From NCBI GenBank assembly GCA_046484865.1, contig JAWOID010000053.1:12422-76421 (forward strand): 64,000 nt of DNA, in the 5' to 3' direction. The translations under genes and the position numbers were made by a program. Positions 1-8,815 of the stretch are shown here, piece after piece. The DNA is from Candidatus Krumholzibacteriia bacterium (GTDB taxonomy: Bacteria > Krumholzibacteriota > Krumholzibacteriia > LZORAL124-64-63). The notes under the pieces were generated by a model. The model was not told where the DNA came from and ran no database searches. It saw only the letters and a list, made by a program, of their open reading frames with translations. Every line of letters starts with the position of its first letter. Within the stretch, counting starts at the first letter, position 1.

Positions 1-1551
1 CTACAGCGGGATGAGTCCGTGCTTCTTGCGGGGACGAAGCTCACGCTTGGCCCTCAGCACCTCGAGCGACTGCGCCACGTAAGCGCGGGTGTCGGCGGGT
101 TCGATGATGTCGTCGAGCATGCCGCGGCCGGCTGCCTCGTAGGGGTTGGCGAACGCCTCGTTGTACTCGGCGATCTTCTGCCGCCGCACCGCCACCGGAT
201 CCTCCGCCGCCGCGATCTCGGCCCTGTACAGCAGGCCCACCGCGCCCTCGGCGCCCATCACGGCGATCTCGCCGCTGGGCCACGCGGCCACCCGATCGGC
301 GCCCATCGACTTGCCGCACATGGCCAGGTAAGCGCCGCCGTAAGCCTTGCGCACGACGATGGTGATCTTCGGCACGGTGGCCGAGCCGTAGGCGAACAGC
401 ATCTTGGCCCCGTGGCGGATGATTCCCCCGTACTCCTGCTGCACGCCCGGCATGAACCCGGGCACGTCCACGAAGGTGACCAGCGGAATGTTGAAGGCGT
501 TGCAGAAGCGGATGAACCGGGCGCCCTTGCTGGACGAATCGATGTCCAGCACACCCGCCTTCTGCAGCGGATTGTTGGCCACGATGCCGACCGTATGCCC
601 TTCCAGCCGGGCGAAGCCGACGATGAGATTGGGTGCGAAGTGTTCCTGCACCTCCAGGAAGTCGCCGCGGTCCACCACCCGGCGGACCACCTCGTGCATG
701 TCGTACGGCTGGCGCCGGCTCTCCGGCACGATGTCGTTGAGCGCCTCGTCCGGCGCCACGGCCTCGTCGTGCAGCTCGCGATAGAAAGGCGGGTCGTCCG
801 TGTTGTTGCTGGGGAGGTACGACAGGAGACGGCGGGCGATCTCCATGGCCTCGGCGTCGTCCACGGCCGTGAAGTGCACCACGCCCGAGTAGTGCGTGTG
901 GCTGTAGACGCCACCGAGCTGTTCGGAGGTCACCTCCTCGCCGGTGACCTGCTTGATCACCGCGGGGCCGGTGATGTACATCTGCCCCGCCTTCTCCACC
1001 TGGATGATGAAGTCGGTGAGGGCGGGCGAGTAGGCCGCGCCGCCCGCGCAGGGTCCGGCGATGATGGAGATCTGCGGCACCACTCCCGAGAGACGGATGT
1101 TGTGGTAGAAGATGCGGCCGTAGCCCGCCAGGGAGTCCACGCCCTCCTGGATGCGCGCACCGCCGGAGTCGTTGATGAAGACGATGGGATCGCCGGTCTT
1201 CTCGGCATCGCCCATCAGTTCCCACATCTTGCGCGCCGTCGCCTCGCCGACGGCGCCGCCGCCCACGGTGAAATCCTGGCAGGCGGCGTAGAGCGGCCGG
1301 CCGGACATCAGGCCGTAGCCGGTCACCACGCCCTCGCCCGGGAACTCCTTGCCCTGCATCCCGAACCGGGTGCAGCGGTGCTGCATGAAGAGGTGCGTCT
1401 CCTGGAAGGAGTCCTCGTCGAACAGCAGCGCGAGGCGCTCGCGTGCGGTGAGCTTGCCCTGCTCGTGCTGCCTGGCGATCCGCTGCTCGCCGCCGCCGGC
1501 GTAGAGCGCCCGCTTGCGCCGACGCAATTCCTCGATGTGCTTCTCGGCCAT
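1..1551 (-). CDS. Acyl-CoA carboxylase carboxyltransferase subunit (propionyl/methylmalonyl-CoA carboxyltransferase; transcarboxylase 12S-like)
   Basis: Motifs GKLTARER, QDFTV.GG, DSGGARIQEG, GPCAGGAAYSPALTD, VDVPGF, GIIRHGAK, RKAYGG, AVMGAEGA and C-terminal RKKHG.IPL. Start moved to MAEKH (1551); TAG stop at bases 1-3. Confidence 0.93.
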   Translation of the reverse strand: MAEKHIEELRRRKRALYAGGGEQRIARQHEQGKLTARERLALLFDEDSFQETHLFMQHRCTRFGMQGKEFPGEGVVTGYGLMSGRPLYAACQDFTVGGGAVGEATARKMWELMGDAEKTGDPIVFINDSGGARIQEGVDSLAGYGRIFYHNIRLSGVVPQISIIAGPCAGGAAYSPALTDFIIQVEKAGQMYITGPAVIKQVTGEEVTSEQLGGVYSHTHYSGVVHFTAVDDAEAMEIARRLLSYLPSNNTDDPPFYRELHDEAVAPDEALNDIVPESRRQPYDMHEVVRRVVDRGDFLEVQEHFAPNLIVGFARLEGHTVGIVANNPLQKAGVLDIDSSSKGARFIRFCNAFNIPLVTFVDVPGFMPGVQQEYGGIIRHGAKMLFAYGSATVPKITIVVRKAYGGAYLAMCGKSMGADRVAAWPSGEIAVMGAEGAVGLLYRAEIAAAEDPVAVRRQKIAEYNEAFANPYEAAGRGMLDDIIEPADTRAYVAQSLEVLRAKRELRPRKKHGLIPL

Positions 1552-1634
1552 CCTGAACGCGTCCTTTCCGGCCGGCGCCGGCCCCCTGCATGCCCGCCGC
1601 ATCGCAGCCAGGGCGACACGGAACCGGACGCCAC

Positions 1635-1664
1635 AATCTAAGCGGGTGGAACGCGTGCGCGCAA
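1635..1664 (-). promoter_or_regulatory. Possible sigma70-type promoter for the carboxyltransferase
   Basis: Minus strand TTGCGC-N18-TAGATT in an AT-richer intergenic patch. Confidence 0.3.
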
Positions 1665-1759
1665 AACCAACTTGGAGGGCGCCCCTCCCGCGGCAGCCGC
1701 CGCCGGCGCGGGGCCGCCCACCGGCGCCTCGCCGGCCGCCGCGGCGAGCGAGGTTGGCC

Positions 1760-2875
1760 TCACACCAGGTTCTCGGGGTTGAGGACCTCGAGCTCCGGCA
1801 CGACGAAGCGTCCGTCCTTGCGGATGAGCTTGCCGTCGAACCAGATCTCGCCGCCGCCCCACTCCGGCGTCTGGTTGCAGACGATGTCCCAGTGCAGGGC
1901 CGACTTGTTGCCGTTGAAGGCTGCGGCGTAGGCGTTGCCGGGCGTCAGGTGGAAGCTGCCGCCGATCTTCTCGTCGAAGAGGGTGTCGAGCATGGGTCGG
2001 GTGATGTGGGGGTTGAGGCCGAAGGCGAACTCGCCGAAGTAGCGCGCCCCCTCGTCGATGTCGAGCTGCTGGTCGAGCTTGGCATCGTCGCCGTCACAGG
2101 TGGCCTGGACGATCTTCCCGTCCTTCACCTCGAAGCGGACGTTCCGGAAGAGGGTGCCGGCCCGCATGGTGTCGGTGTTGTACTGGATCACGCCGTTGAC
2201 GGAATCGCGCACCGGGGCGGTGTAGACCTCGCCGTCGGGGATGTTGCGCCGGCCGTCGCACTTCACCGCCGGCAGCCCGGCGATGGAGAAGCGCAGATCG
2301 GTCCCCGGACCCTTCAAATGCACCTCTTCGGTGACGTCGATGAGCCCCGCCAGCGGGTCCATGGCCTTGCTCAGGCGCTGGTAGTCGAGCGTGCAGACAC
2401 GGAAGTAGAAGTCCGCGAAGTCGTCGGTGGCGCGCTCGGCCAGCTGCGCCATGGCCGCGTTGGGGTAGCGCAGGACGCACCACTTCTTCTTCAGCCGCAC
2501 CGGAATGTGCACCGTGTCCCAGTACGCCTGGTCGTGCCATTTCAAACGCTGGGGCGTCACGTCGGCCAGGTCGAACGGGTTGGTGGCGCCGCGTATGCCG
2601 ATGTAGGCGTCCACCGCCTCCATGATGGGCCGATGGAACTGTCCCCAGGCGACGAACTGCTCCTCCTGGGCGTGCTTGATGAAGTGGCGGCTCAAGGTCT
2701 CGTCGTTGTAGTACCAGAAGGGCACGCCTCCCCTCAGGGTGGCCACCCGGACGATCTCCCGGCCCAGTTCCAGCGCCTCGATGCCCTTGATCTCCAGGTA
2801 GAGCTTCTCGCCGCTCTGCAGTTCCACGCTGTAGTCGACGAGCAACTCGGCGAGTTGCGTGTTGCGAGGGTCCAT
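1760..2875 (-). CDS. Aminopeptidase, M29 family (AmpS/AmpT-like)
   Basis: NIPDGEVYTAP, GEFAFGLNP, LFDEKIGGSFHLTPGNAY and SALHWDIV metal-ligand motifs; GGAGG RBS. Confidence 0.92.
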   Translation of the reverse strand: MDPRNTQLAELLVDYSVELQSGEKLYLEIKGIEALELGREIVRVATLRGGVPFWYYNDETLSRHFIKHAQEEQFVAWGQFHRPIMEAVDAYIGIRGATNPFDLADVTPQRLKWHDQAYWDTVHIPVRLKKKWCVLRYPNAAMAQLAERATDDFADFYFRVCTLDYQRLSKAMDPLAGLIDVTEEVHLKGPGTDLRFSIAGLPAVKCDGRRNIPDGEVYTAPVRDSVNGVIQYNTDTMRAGTLFRNVRFEVKDGKIVQATCDGDDAKLDQQLDIDEGARYFGEFAFGLNPHITRPMLDTLFDEKIGGSFHLTPGNAYAAAFNGNKSALHWDIVCNQTPEWGGGEIWFDGKLIRKDGRFVVPELEVLNPENLV

Positions 2876-3190
2876 GACGTCCTCCGGACGATGAAACGAA
2901 CGACGGGGAACCCCGGAATTCTAGCGCCGTGAGCCCCGGGTCACCAGCGCCAGTTGCGCCGCTCCGCCGGCGTGCCGCCGTCGCGCAGCCGGCCGCGCAG
3001 CCCCGAACGACCGCGGACACCACGCAGCCACGACTCGGCCCCCGCGCGGCCACCGCGCCGACGGCGCACAGCCGGGCCGCCGCCCCGCCCGATGCCGCTT
3101 GTGCCCGCGGGCGGCGCGTTCTTACTTGGTGGCAGGTGGGCGGAGCCGGGTGGCCGCCCCGCTGCGGCCCCTTCCCGAGCGAGGTGGAGC

Positions 3191-3652
3191 GTGAACGACC
3201 GGCAGCAGGATCCGACCGGACTTCCCGCCGGCACCGCCGGTTTCGTGGATCACGTGGGTATCGCCGTCCACGATCTCGACCAGGCGCTCCTGCTCTGGCG
3301 CGACCTGCTCGGACTCGAGCTGGAACGGGTGGAAGAGGTGCCGAGCGAACACGTACGGGTGGCGTTCCTGAAGCTGGACCGGGCCGGCGGCCGGGGGCAC
3401 ATCGAACTGCTGGCGCCCACCGGCCCGGAGGGCGCGCTCGCCCGGTACCTCGAGAAGCGCGGCCCGGGTCTGCACCACGTGGCGGTGGCCGCCGAGAACG
3501 TCGGCGAGGTGATGCGGCGCTGCCGCGCGGCAGGGTTGCAACTGCTGGACGAGACGCCGCGCACCGGCGCCGGCGGCAAGCCGGTGGTGTTCCTGCATCC
3601 GCGGTCGGGCGGCGGTGTCCTGCTCGAGATCTGCGGAGCCGCCGGCCACTGA
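3191..3652 (+). CDS. mce: Methylmalonyl-CoA epimerase (VOC fold)
   Basis: DHVGIAV, IELLAP, GLHHVAV and FLHPRSGGGVLLE motifs; GTG start after GAGGTGGAG. Confidence 0.9.
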   Translation: MNDRQQDPTGLPAGTAGFVDHVGIAVHDLDQALLLWRDLLGLELERVEEVPSEHVRVAFLKLDRAGGRGHIELLAPTGPEGALARYLEKRGPGLHHVAVAAENVGEVMRRCRAAGLQLLDETPRTGAGGKPVVFLHPRSGGGVLLEICGAAGH

Positions 3653-3697
3653 GACCGGCAGCTCCACCGCGAGTGCGTGGAGAGCGTCCTCCGCCGA

Positions 3698-6502
3698 TCA
3701 GGGCCTCGCCGGGGGCAGCTCCAGACGTCGCTCTGGCGATTGCCAGCCCGGGTACGGCGCCACCGCGAACGAGCACGACGCGCTCTCGTCGCCCACCTTC
3801 ACCGTCACCGTGTACTCGCCCGGTTCCACGAAGTCCGGACCCTGCCGGCGCGGGTCGCCGAAGCGGTGCTTCTCGTCCGCCTGCAGATCCCACACGGCCC
3901 GGTTCAGGCCGGGGCGCGCCGGTCCTTCCAGCGTGCGCACCGAGAGGCCGGCGGCGTCCTTCACGGTGATGCTCACGGCTTTCGGGGCCATTTCCCGCAG
4001 CCAGTAGGTGACCACCGCGCCATCGGGGGGGTTCTGGCCGCGGAACACGCGGTGGCCGCTGCCGTAGCCGCGGAAGCCGTACAGGCGCGGTGCGGCGTCC
4101 TGGATCGGGAACAGGTGCAAAGGCTCGCGGGCCGCCGCCGCCGCGCCGGACAGCGCCGTCACGTCGTCCAGGATCCAGATGCTGCGCCCGTGCGTGGCCG
4201 CCACCAGGTCGTTCTCGCGGGGATGCAACACCAGGTCGTACACCGGGACGGTGGGCAGCGAGTCGCCGCCGAGCTTCAGCCAGCGGCGTCCGCCGTCGAG
4301 CGTCACGTAGGCCCCCTGCTCGTTTCCGCAGTAGAGGACCTGGCGGTTGCGCGGATCCTCGCGCACCACGCGCACCGGGCTGCCGGCGGGCAGATCGCCG
4401 CTGATGTCGCGCCACTTGCGTCCCAGGTTCTCGCTCGTGAACACCCGCGGCCGGAAGTCGTCGCTGCGATGCCCGTCGATGGCGACGTAGACCGTCTCGC
4501 CGTCGTGACCCGACGCCTCGAGGTGGGCCACGTAGAGGCCGCCGCCCTCCTTCGGCGTCACTTCGCGCCAGCTCCCGCCGTCGTCGCTGGTCACGTGGAT
4601 GCGGCCGTCGTCGGTCCCCGCCCACAGCCGCCCGGCTTGCAGCGGCGACTCCGCCAGCGCGGTCACCGTGCCGTACGTCTCGGCATCCGACCCCTCGGTG
4701 AGCACCCGGTCGACCTCCCGACGCGAGAGATCATCGCTGATGGCGTACCAGTAGTCGCCCTTGTGGGTCAGCTTGTAGACGCGCGCGCCGGCGTGGTAGA
4801 GGACGGTCGGATCGTGGCGGGAGACGAGGAAAGGAGCGTCCCAGTTGAACCGCACCTGCTCCTGTCCCTCGTCGGCGGCCGCTCGCAGCGGCGTGACCAG
4901 GTGCGTTTTCAGGTCGACGCGCCCCAGATGACCGCCCTGGGCGGTGGCGTACACCACGTCGGGATCGGTGGGATCGAAGGCGACCCGGAAGCCGTCCCCC
5001 CCGTACACCGCGGTCCAGTCCTCGTTGAGGATGCAGGGCTTGTCGTCGCTGCCGGAACGGAACCCGGACGCGGACGGACCGATCCAGGAGCCGTTGTCCT
5101 GCAAGCCGCCACCCACCCGGTACGGATCGGACAGGTCCACGTCCACGTGGTAGAACTGGCCGACGTCCAGCTGGTCGAACAGGTCCCAGGTGGCGGCGCG
5201 GTCGTGGCTCACGTACAGCCCGCCGTCGGTGCCCAGCAGGATCCGCTGCGGGTCGGCCGGATCGATGGCGATGGCGTGGTGATCGACGTGCACTTCCTGC
5301 GATCCGCTGCGGCGGAAGGTGCGGCCGCCGTCTTCGCTGACGGCCAGATCCCAGCCGGGCATGTAGACGCGGTCCGGATCCTCCGGGTCCACCGCCACGC
5401 GGGAGAAGTAGAACGGGCGGAAGTTCAACTCGTGCACCCGGCGCCAGGACGCGCCCCCGTCGTCGCTGCGGAACAACCCACCCGCGGGCGAACGGTCGTC
5501 CCACGCGCTGCGGCCGATCCCGCCCTGATCGCTCTCGACCACCGCGTACAGGATGGTCGGATCGCCGGGGAACACGGTCAGCCCGATGCGCCCGGTTCGC
5601 TCGGGCAGACCCGCGGTGAGCCGGCGCCAGGTGTCGCCGGCGTCGTCGGACCGGAAGATCCCCCCGCGGTCGCTCACGCCCGTGTAGCTCCACGGCGTGC
5701 GGCGCCGCGCGTAGAGAGCCGCATACACCGTCTCGGGGTGGGCGGGGTCGATCACCACGTCGCAGGCGCCGACCTGGTCGTCCACCTTCAGGACGTGCTG
5801 CCACGAACCGCCGCCGTCTCGGGTGCGGTAGATGCCGCGTTCGGGATTCGGCCCCCACAGGTGACCGAGCGCCGCCACGTAGCAGACGTCGGGGTCGCGC
5901 GGGTCCACCGCCAGACGCGGGATGTCGTGCGTCTCGGCGAGGCCCAGGTGCGTGAACGAGCCGCCGCCGTCGGTGCTGCGGTACACCCCGTGGCCCCACG
6001 ACGAACTGTTGCGGTTGTTGCCCTCGCCGGTGCCGACCCAGACGATCAGGCCCCGGCCGCGCTCCAGGCGCTCCGTCTCCGGCACGGCGTCGTCACCGCT
6101 CGCCGTCCAGCCCGGCCAGTCGGCCGGCGCATCGGCCGCCGCCACCGCGCCGATGCTGCTGGTCTCCTCGTTGCGAAACACCTCCTCGAAGGTGGTGCCG
6201 AGATTGGTGGTGCGGAAGAGACCGCCGGTCGCGTACCCGACGTAGAAGTCGGTGCGGCTCCCCGGCACCAGCGCGATCGCCGAGACCCGGCCGCTCATGC
6301 TCGCCGGTCCGATCGGGCGCCAGCGCAGCGCCGACAGGTCGTCCGCGGCAACGATCCTCGCTTCCTCCGACCGCTCCGCGGCGACCAGGGTCGCGGGCGC
6401 CGCCAGGAACAGGCACACGAGACCGGTTGCCAGCACGCGCGATATCAGCGGCCATCGCTCGGCGCTGCTGAAGAGCCGGGTGCTGGGACGGCGATTCGAC
6501 AC
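3698..6502 (-). CDS. Secreted BNR/Asp-box (VPS10/sortilin-like, GH74-like) beta-propeller protein with C-terminal Ig-like domain
   Basis: Signal-like segment, WRPIGPASMSGRV, many S/T-x-D-G-G-x-S/T-W boxes, HVDHH, GGLQDNGSW, ATHGRSIWILDD; GTG start after AGGAGG. Confidence 0.85.
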   Translation of the reverse strand: MSNRRPSTRLFSSAERWPLISRVLATGLVCLFLAAPATLVAAERSEEARIVAADDLSALRWRPIGPASMSGRVSAIALVPGSRTDFYVGYATGGLFRTTNLGTTFEEVFRNEETSSIGAVAAADAPADWPGWTASGDDAVPETERLERGRGLIVWVGTGEGNNRNSSSWGHGVYRSTDGGGSFTHLGLAETHDIPRLAVDPRDPDVCYVAALGHLWGPNPERGIYRTRDGGGSWQHVLKVDDQVGACDVVIDPAHPETVYAALYARRRTPWSYTGVSDRGGIFRSDDAGDTWRRLTAGLPERTGRIGLTVFPGDPTILYAVVESDQGGIGRSAWDDRSPAGGLFRSDDGGASWRRVHELNFRPFYFSRVAVDPEDPDRVYMPGWDLAVSEDGGRTFRRSGSQEVHVDHHAIAIDPADPQRILLGTDGGLYVSHDRAATWDLFDQLDVGQFYHVDVDLSDPYRVGGGLQDNGSWIGPSASGFRSGSDDKPCILNEDWTAVYGGDGFRVAFDPTDPDVVYATAQGGHLGRVDLKTHLVTPLRAAADEGQEQVRFNWDAPFLVSRHDPTVLYHAGARVYKLTHKGDYWYAISDDLSRREVDRVLTEGSDAETYGTVTALAESPLQAGRLWAGTDDGRIHVTSDDGGSWREVTPKEGGGLYVAHLEASGHDGETVYVAIDGHRSDDFRPRVFTSENLGRKWRDISGDLPAGSPVRVVREDPRNRQVLYCGNEQGAYVTLDGGRRWLKLGGDSLPTVPVYDLVLHPRENDLVAATHGRSIWILDDVTALSGAAAAAREPLHLFPIQDAAPRLYGFRGYGSGHRVFRGQNPPDGAVVTYWLREMAPKAVSITVKDAAGLSVRTLEGPARPGLNRAVWDLQADEKHRFGDPRRQGPDFVEPGEYTVTVKVGDESASCSFAVAPYPGWQSPERRLELPPARP

Positions 6503-6747
6503 GGAAGACCTCCTCGAGGCAGCGTTGGGCGGGGGCGGGCCGGTGTTTATGATCCACCACGAGCGACGCCGAGGCAAGAGCTTACGGTCTTCACGGGCCA
6601 TCGGCGGACAGCGGTGACGCTCACCGTGCGGCTGGCGACAGCGCGCGCGCCGACCGTAGTTGTGAGAACGGCGGCCGCGGCGGTCTCGTGGCAGGGAGGA
6701 ACGCCGCCACTGCGTCGCTGCCGATCGTGCCGGAAGGAGGGATGGAC

Positions 6748-7047
6748 ATGCCACGGGGTTGGAGCAAGAAGGACGAGCGGAAGTACGAGCACATCAAGGA
6801 GAGTTCCCGGAAGCGCGGCGTGAAGAAGGATCGCGCGAAGGAGATCGCCGCCCGCACGGTGAACAAGGACCGGCGTCAGGAGGGCCGCACCCCCAACCAG
6901 ACGACCCAGGGGACCGGCAACCCGGCCCGCGGACTCGAGGAGCGCAGCAAGCAGGAACTGTACAATCGCGCGAAGCAGCTGGGGATCTCCGGGCGCAGCA
7001 AGATGGACAAGCAGGCCCTGGTCCGCGCCATCCGCCAGGAGCAGTGA
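6748..7047 (+). CDS. Small basic protein with C-terminal Rho-N-terminal-like helical domain (family often labelled 'plasmid stabilization protein')
   Basis: AAGGAGG RBS; W-S-K-K-D-E-R-K-Y-E-H-I-K, IAARTVNK and ELYNRAKQLGISGRSKMDKQAL segments. Confidence 0.8.
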   Translation: MPRGWSKKDERKYEHIKESSRKRGVKKDRAKEIAARTVNKDRRQEGRTPNQTTQGTGNPARGLEERSKQELYNRAKQLGISGRSKMDKQALVRAIRQEQ

Positions 7048-7128
7048 GGAACGGACGCCGACCCGGCGAGCGCCGTTTCCGGGCGGACTGCGCCCGCGGG
7101 GCCGATCCGCGGGCGCGCCCGCTCCCGG

Positions 7129-7887
7129 TCACTCGGAGCGCGGCTCGTAGATGCCGAAGTCGCGCCAGGTGGGCTCTCCCGCCACCACCTCGACCTCCGG
7201 TTCCTGCGTCGGATTGAGGAAAGCCGGAGCCTGGCCGGTGCCGAACATGTCCTTCACCTGGCCCGAGGGCAGGCTCCCCACGTAGATCGCCTGCGCTCCG
7301 CTCTCGGCACACCCCTCGGTGGTGACGCACGACGGAACGCCGGCGGGGTCGAGCCGGAAGACCACGTCCTCGACCGGACCGGGGAACATCAGCTTCCAGT
7401 TCACCAGGAGGGTCGGGCCGCCGCTGTTCAGCCGGCCTGACTGGGCGATCCCCACGACGCACTCGCCCGCCGAGCGACCGACGCTCAGGACGCGCCACGG
7501 GAACGTCTGCTCGGTCACGTGGCCGTCCGCTCCCTCGATCTCGAGCGTCAGCTCGAACGCGCCGATCGCCAGGAACGCCTCGCCGTCCCGCTGCACGGGC
7601 TCCACGTCTGTCAGCAGGGCGTGAAGATCCACCACCGTCATGCCCTCGGGGTCGGGGTCGACCTGCGCCGTGGTCTGGACGCTGTCCGGGGCGAACGAGA
7701 GGCGGATCACGCCATTGAGACCGCACCAATCGGTCGCACCCGCCGGCTCGGCGGTGCCGCCCATCCCGGTGACGGTCGCCACGATCAGCGACAGCAGGAC
7801 GGCCAGAGCGGGCCAACGCCGCGGCTGTACCACCGCGAGCGCGGAACACCGTCCGTCGTGCCGGTTCATCATCTGCGCTGGATGCAT
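7129..7887 (-). CDS. Hypothetical secreted beta-rich protein
   Basis: GAGGAG RBS, hydrophobic signal (ALAVLLSLIVATV), alternating beta-strand pattern, several Cys, GC-rich third codon positions. Confidence 0.7.
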   Translation of the reverse strand: MHPAQMMNRHDGRCSALAVVQPRRWPALAVLLSLIVATVTGMGGTAEPAGATDWCGLNGVIRLSFAPDSVQTTAQVDPDPEGMTVVDLHALLTDVEPVQRDGEAFLAIGAFELTLEIEGADGHVTEQTFPWRVLSVGRSAGECVVGIAQSGRLNSGGPTLLVNWKLMFPGPVEDVVFRLDPAGVPSCVTTEGCAESGAQAIYVGSLPSGQVKDMFGTGQAPAFLNPTQEPEVEVVAGEPTWRDFGIYEPRSE

Positions 7888-7930
7888 GGTCTGCTCCTCT
7901 TCGCGCCGCCGGTGATCGGATCGCGGCGGC

Positions 7931-8803
7931 TCAACTGCCTGTGCTCGCGTAGCGGCGCATGCCGCGCCGCCAGAGTGCATACGCTCCCGAGAATACCACG
8001 ATTCCCACCACCGGTGTCAGCAGAGCGATCTCCCGGAATTCAGGCGTGCCCAGGAACCATGTGGAGGGGTAGAAGGCCACCCAGGCGAAGGGCAGCACGA
8101 ACGTGAGCAGCAGCCGTACCGGCGTGCTGAAGATGGTCAGGGGATAGCGGCTGAAACGGATCACGTTGTAGACGGGCGGAGAGAGTCCCATGCGGTCCTC
8201 CGCCCAGAACGAGACCGACGTGAGGGCCAGGAACACGCCGACGTAGATGAGCGTCGCCGTGGGCACCATCACGAGCAGGGCCAGGACGTCCACCACCCCC
8301 GGCGTCAGTTCCAGGCGCGTCCCCGCGTACACCGTCAGGCCGACGCCCAGCAGGATCTCGTTCAGCCCCGACACGTTGAACGACTCGAACATCACCTGCG
8401 CCAGGGCGTTGACGGGCCGCAGCAGCACGCGATCGAAGTTGCCGTCGGCGATGTACCGCTCGGAGAAGCGGTACAGGTTCACGCTCACCACGTTGAAGAG
8501 CCCCAGCGGGAGCAGGCTGAAGCCGTAGATGAACAGCACCTCGTCGAAGCTCCAGCCCTGCAGGGCCTGGACCTTGCTGAAGATGGCCGTGAGAACGGCC
8601 AGCTGCACCCCGATGCCGAACAGGTTGGCGCCAAGGTCGATCAGGAAGTCCACCCGGTACGCCAGGCGGGTCTTGAGGAACTGAGCGAAGTAGGCGGCGA
8701 AGATCTCGGCCTGCCGGACGGCGCGGGCGCGGCGGCTGCGGCTCACCGGCGGCAGCGACGGCGGAGCGTGCGGATCGGGGCGGCAGGCGTCGCCCTGGTT
8801 CAT
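7931..8803 (-). CDS. ABC-2 family transporter permease
   Basis: About 6 TM helices; LAYRVDF, GNFDRVLLRPVN, YPLTIF, LPFAWVAFYP, Y.STGS C-terminus. Confidence 0.88.
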   Translation of the reverse strand: MNQGDACRPDPHAPPSLPPVSRSRRARAVRQAEIFAAYFAQFLKTRLAYRVDFLIDLGANLFGIGVQLAVLTAIFSKVQALQGWSFDEVLFIYGFSLLPLGLFNVVSVNLYRFSERYIADGNFDRVLLRPVNALAQVMFESFNVSGLNEILLGVGLTVYAGTRLELTPGVVDVLALLVMVPTATLIYVGVFLALTSVSFWAEDRMGLSPPVYNVIRFSRYPLTIFSTPVRLLLTFVLPFAWVAFYPSTWFLGTPEFREIALLTPVVGIVVFSGAYALWRRGMRRYASTGS

Positions 8804-8815
8804 GGCCCCTCCCGC

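Noticed and set aside
6748..7047. Toxin-antitoxin module or plasmid origin
   Set aside because: No partner gene, no RelE/ParE-like beta pattern, and the context is chromosomal housekeeping.
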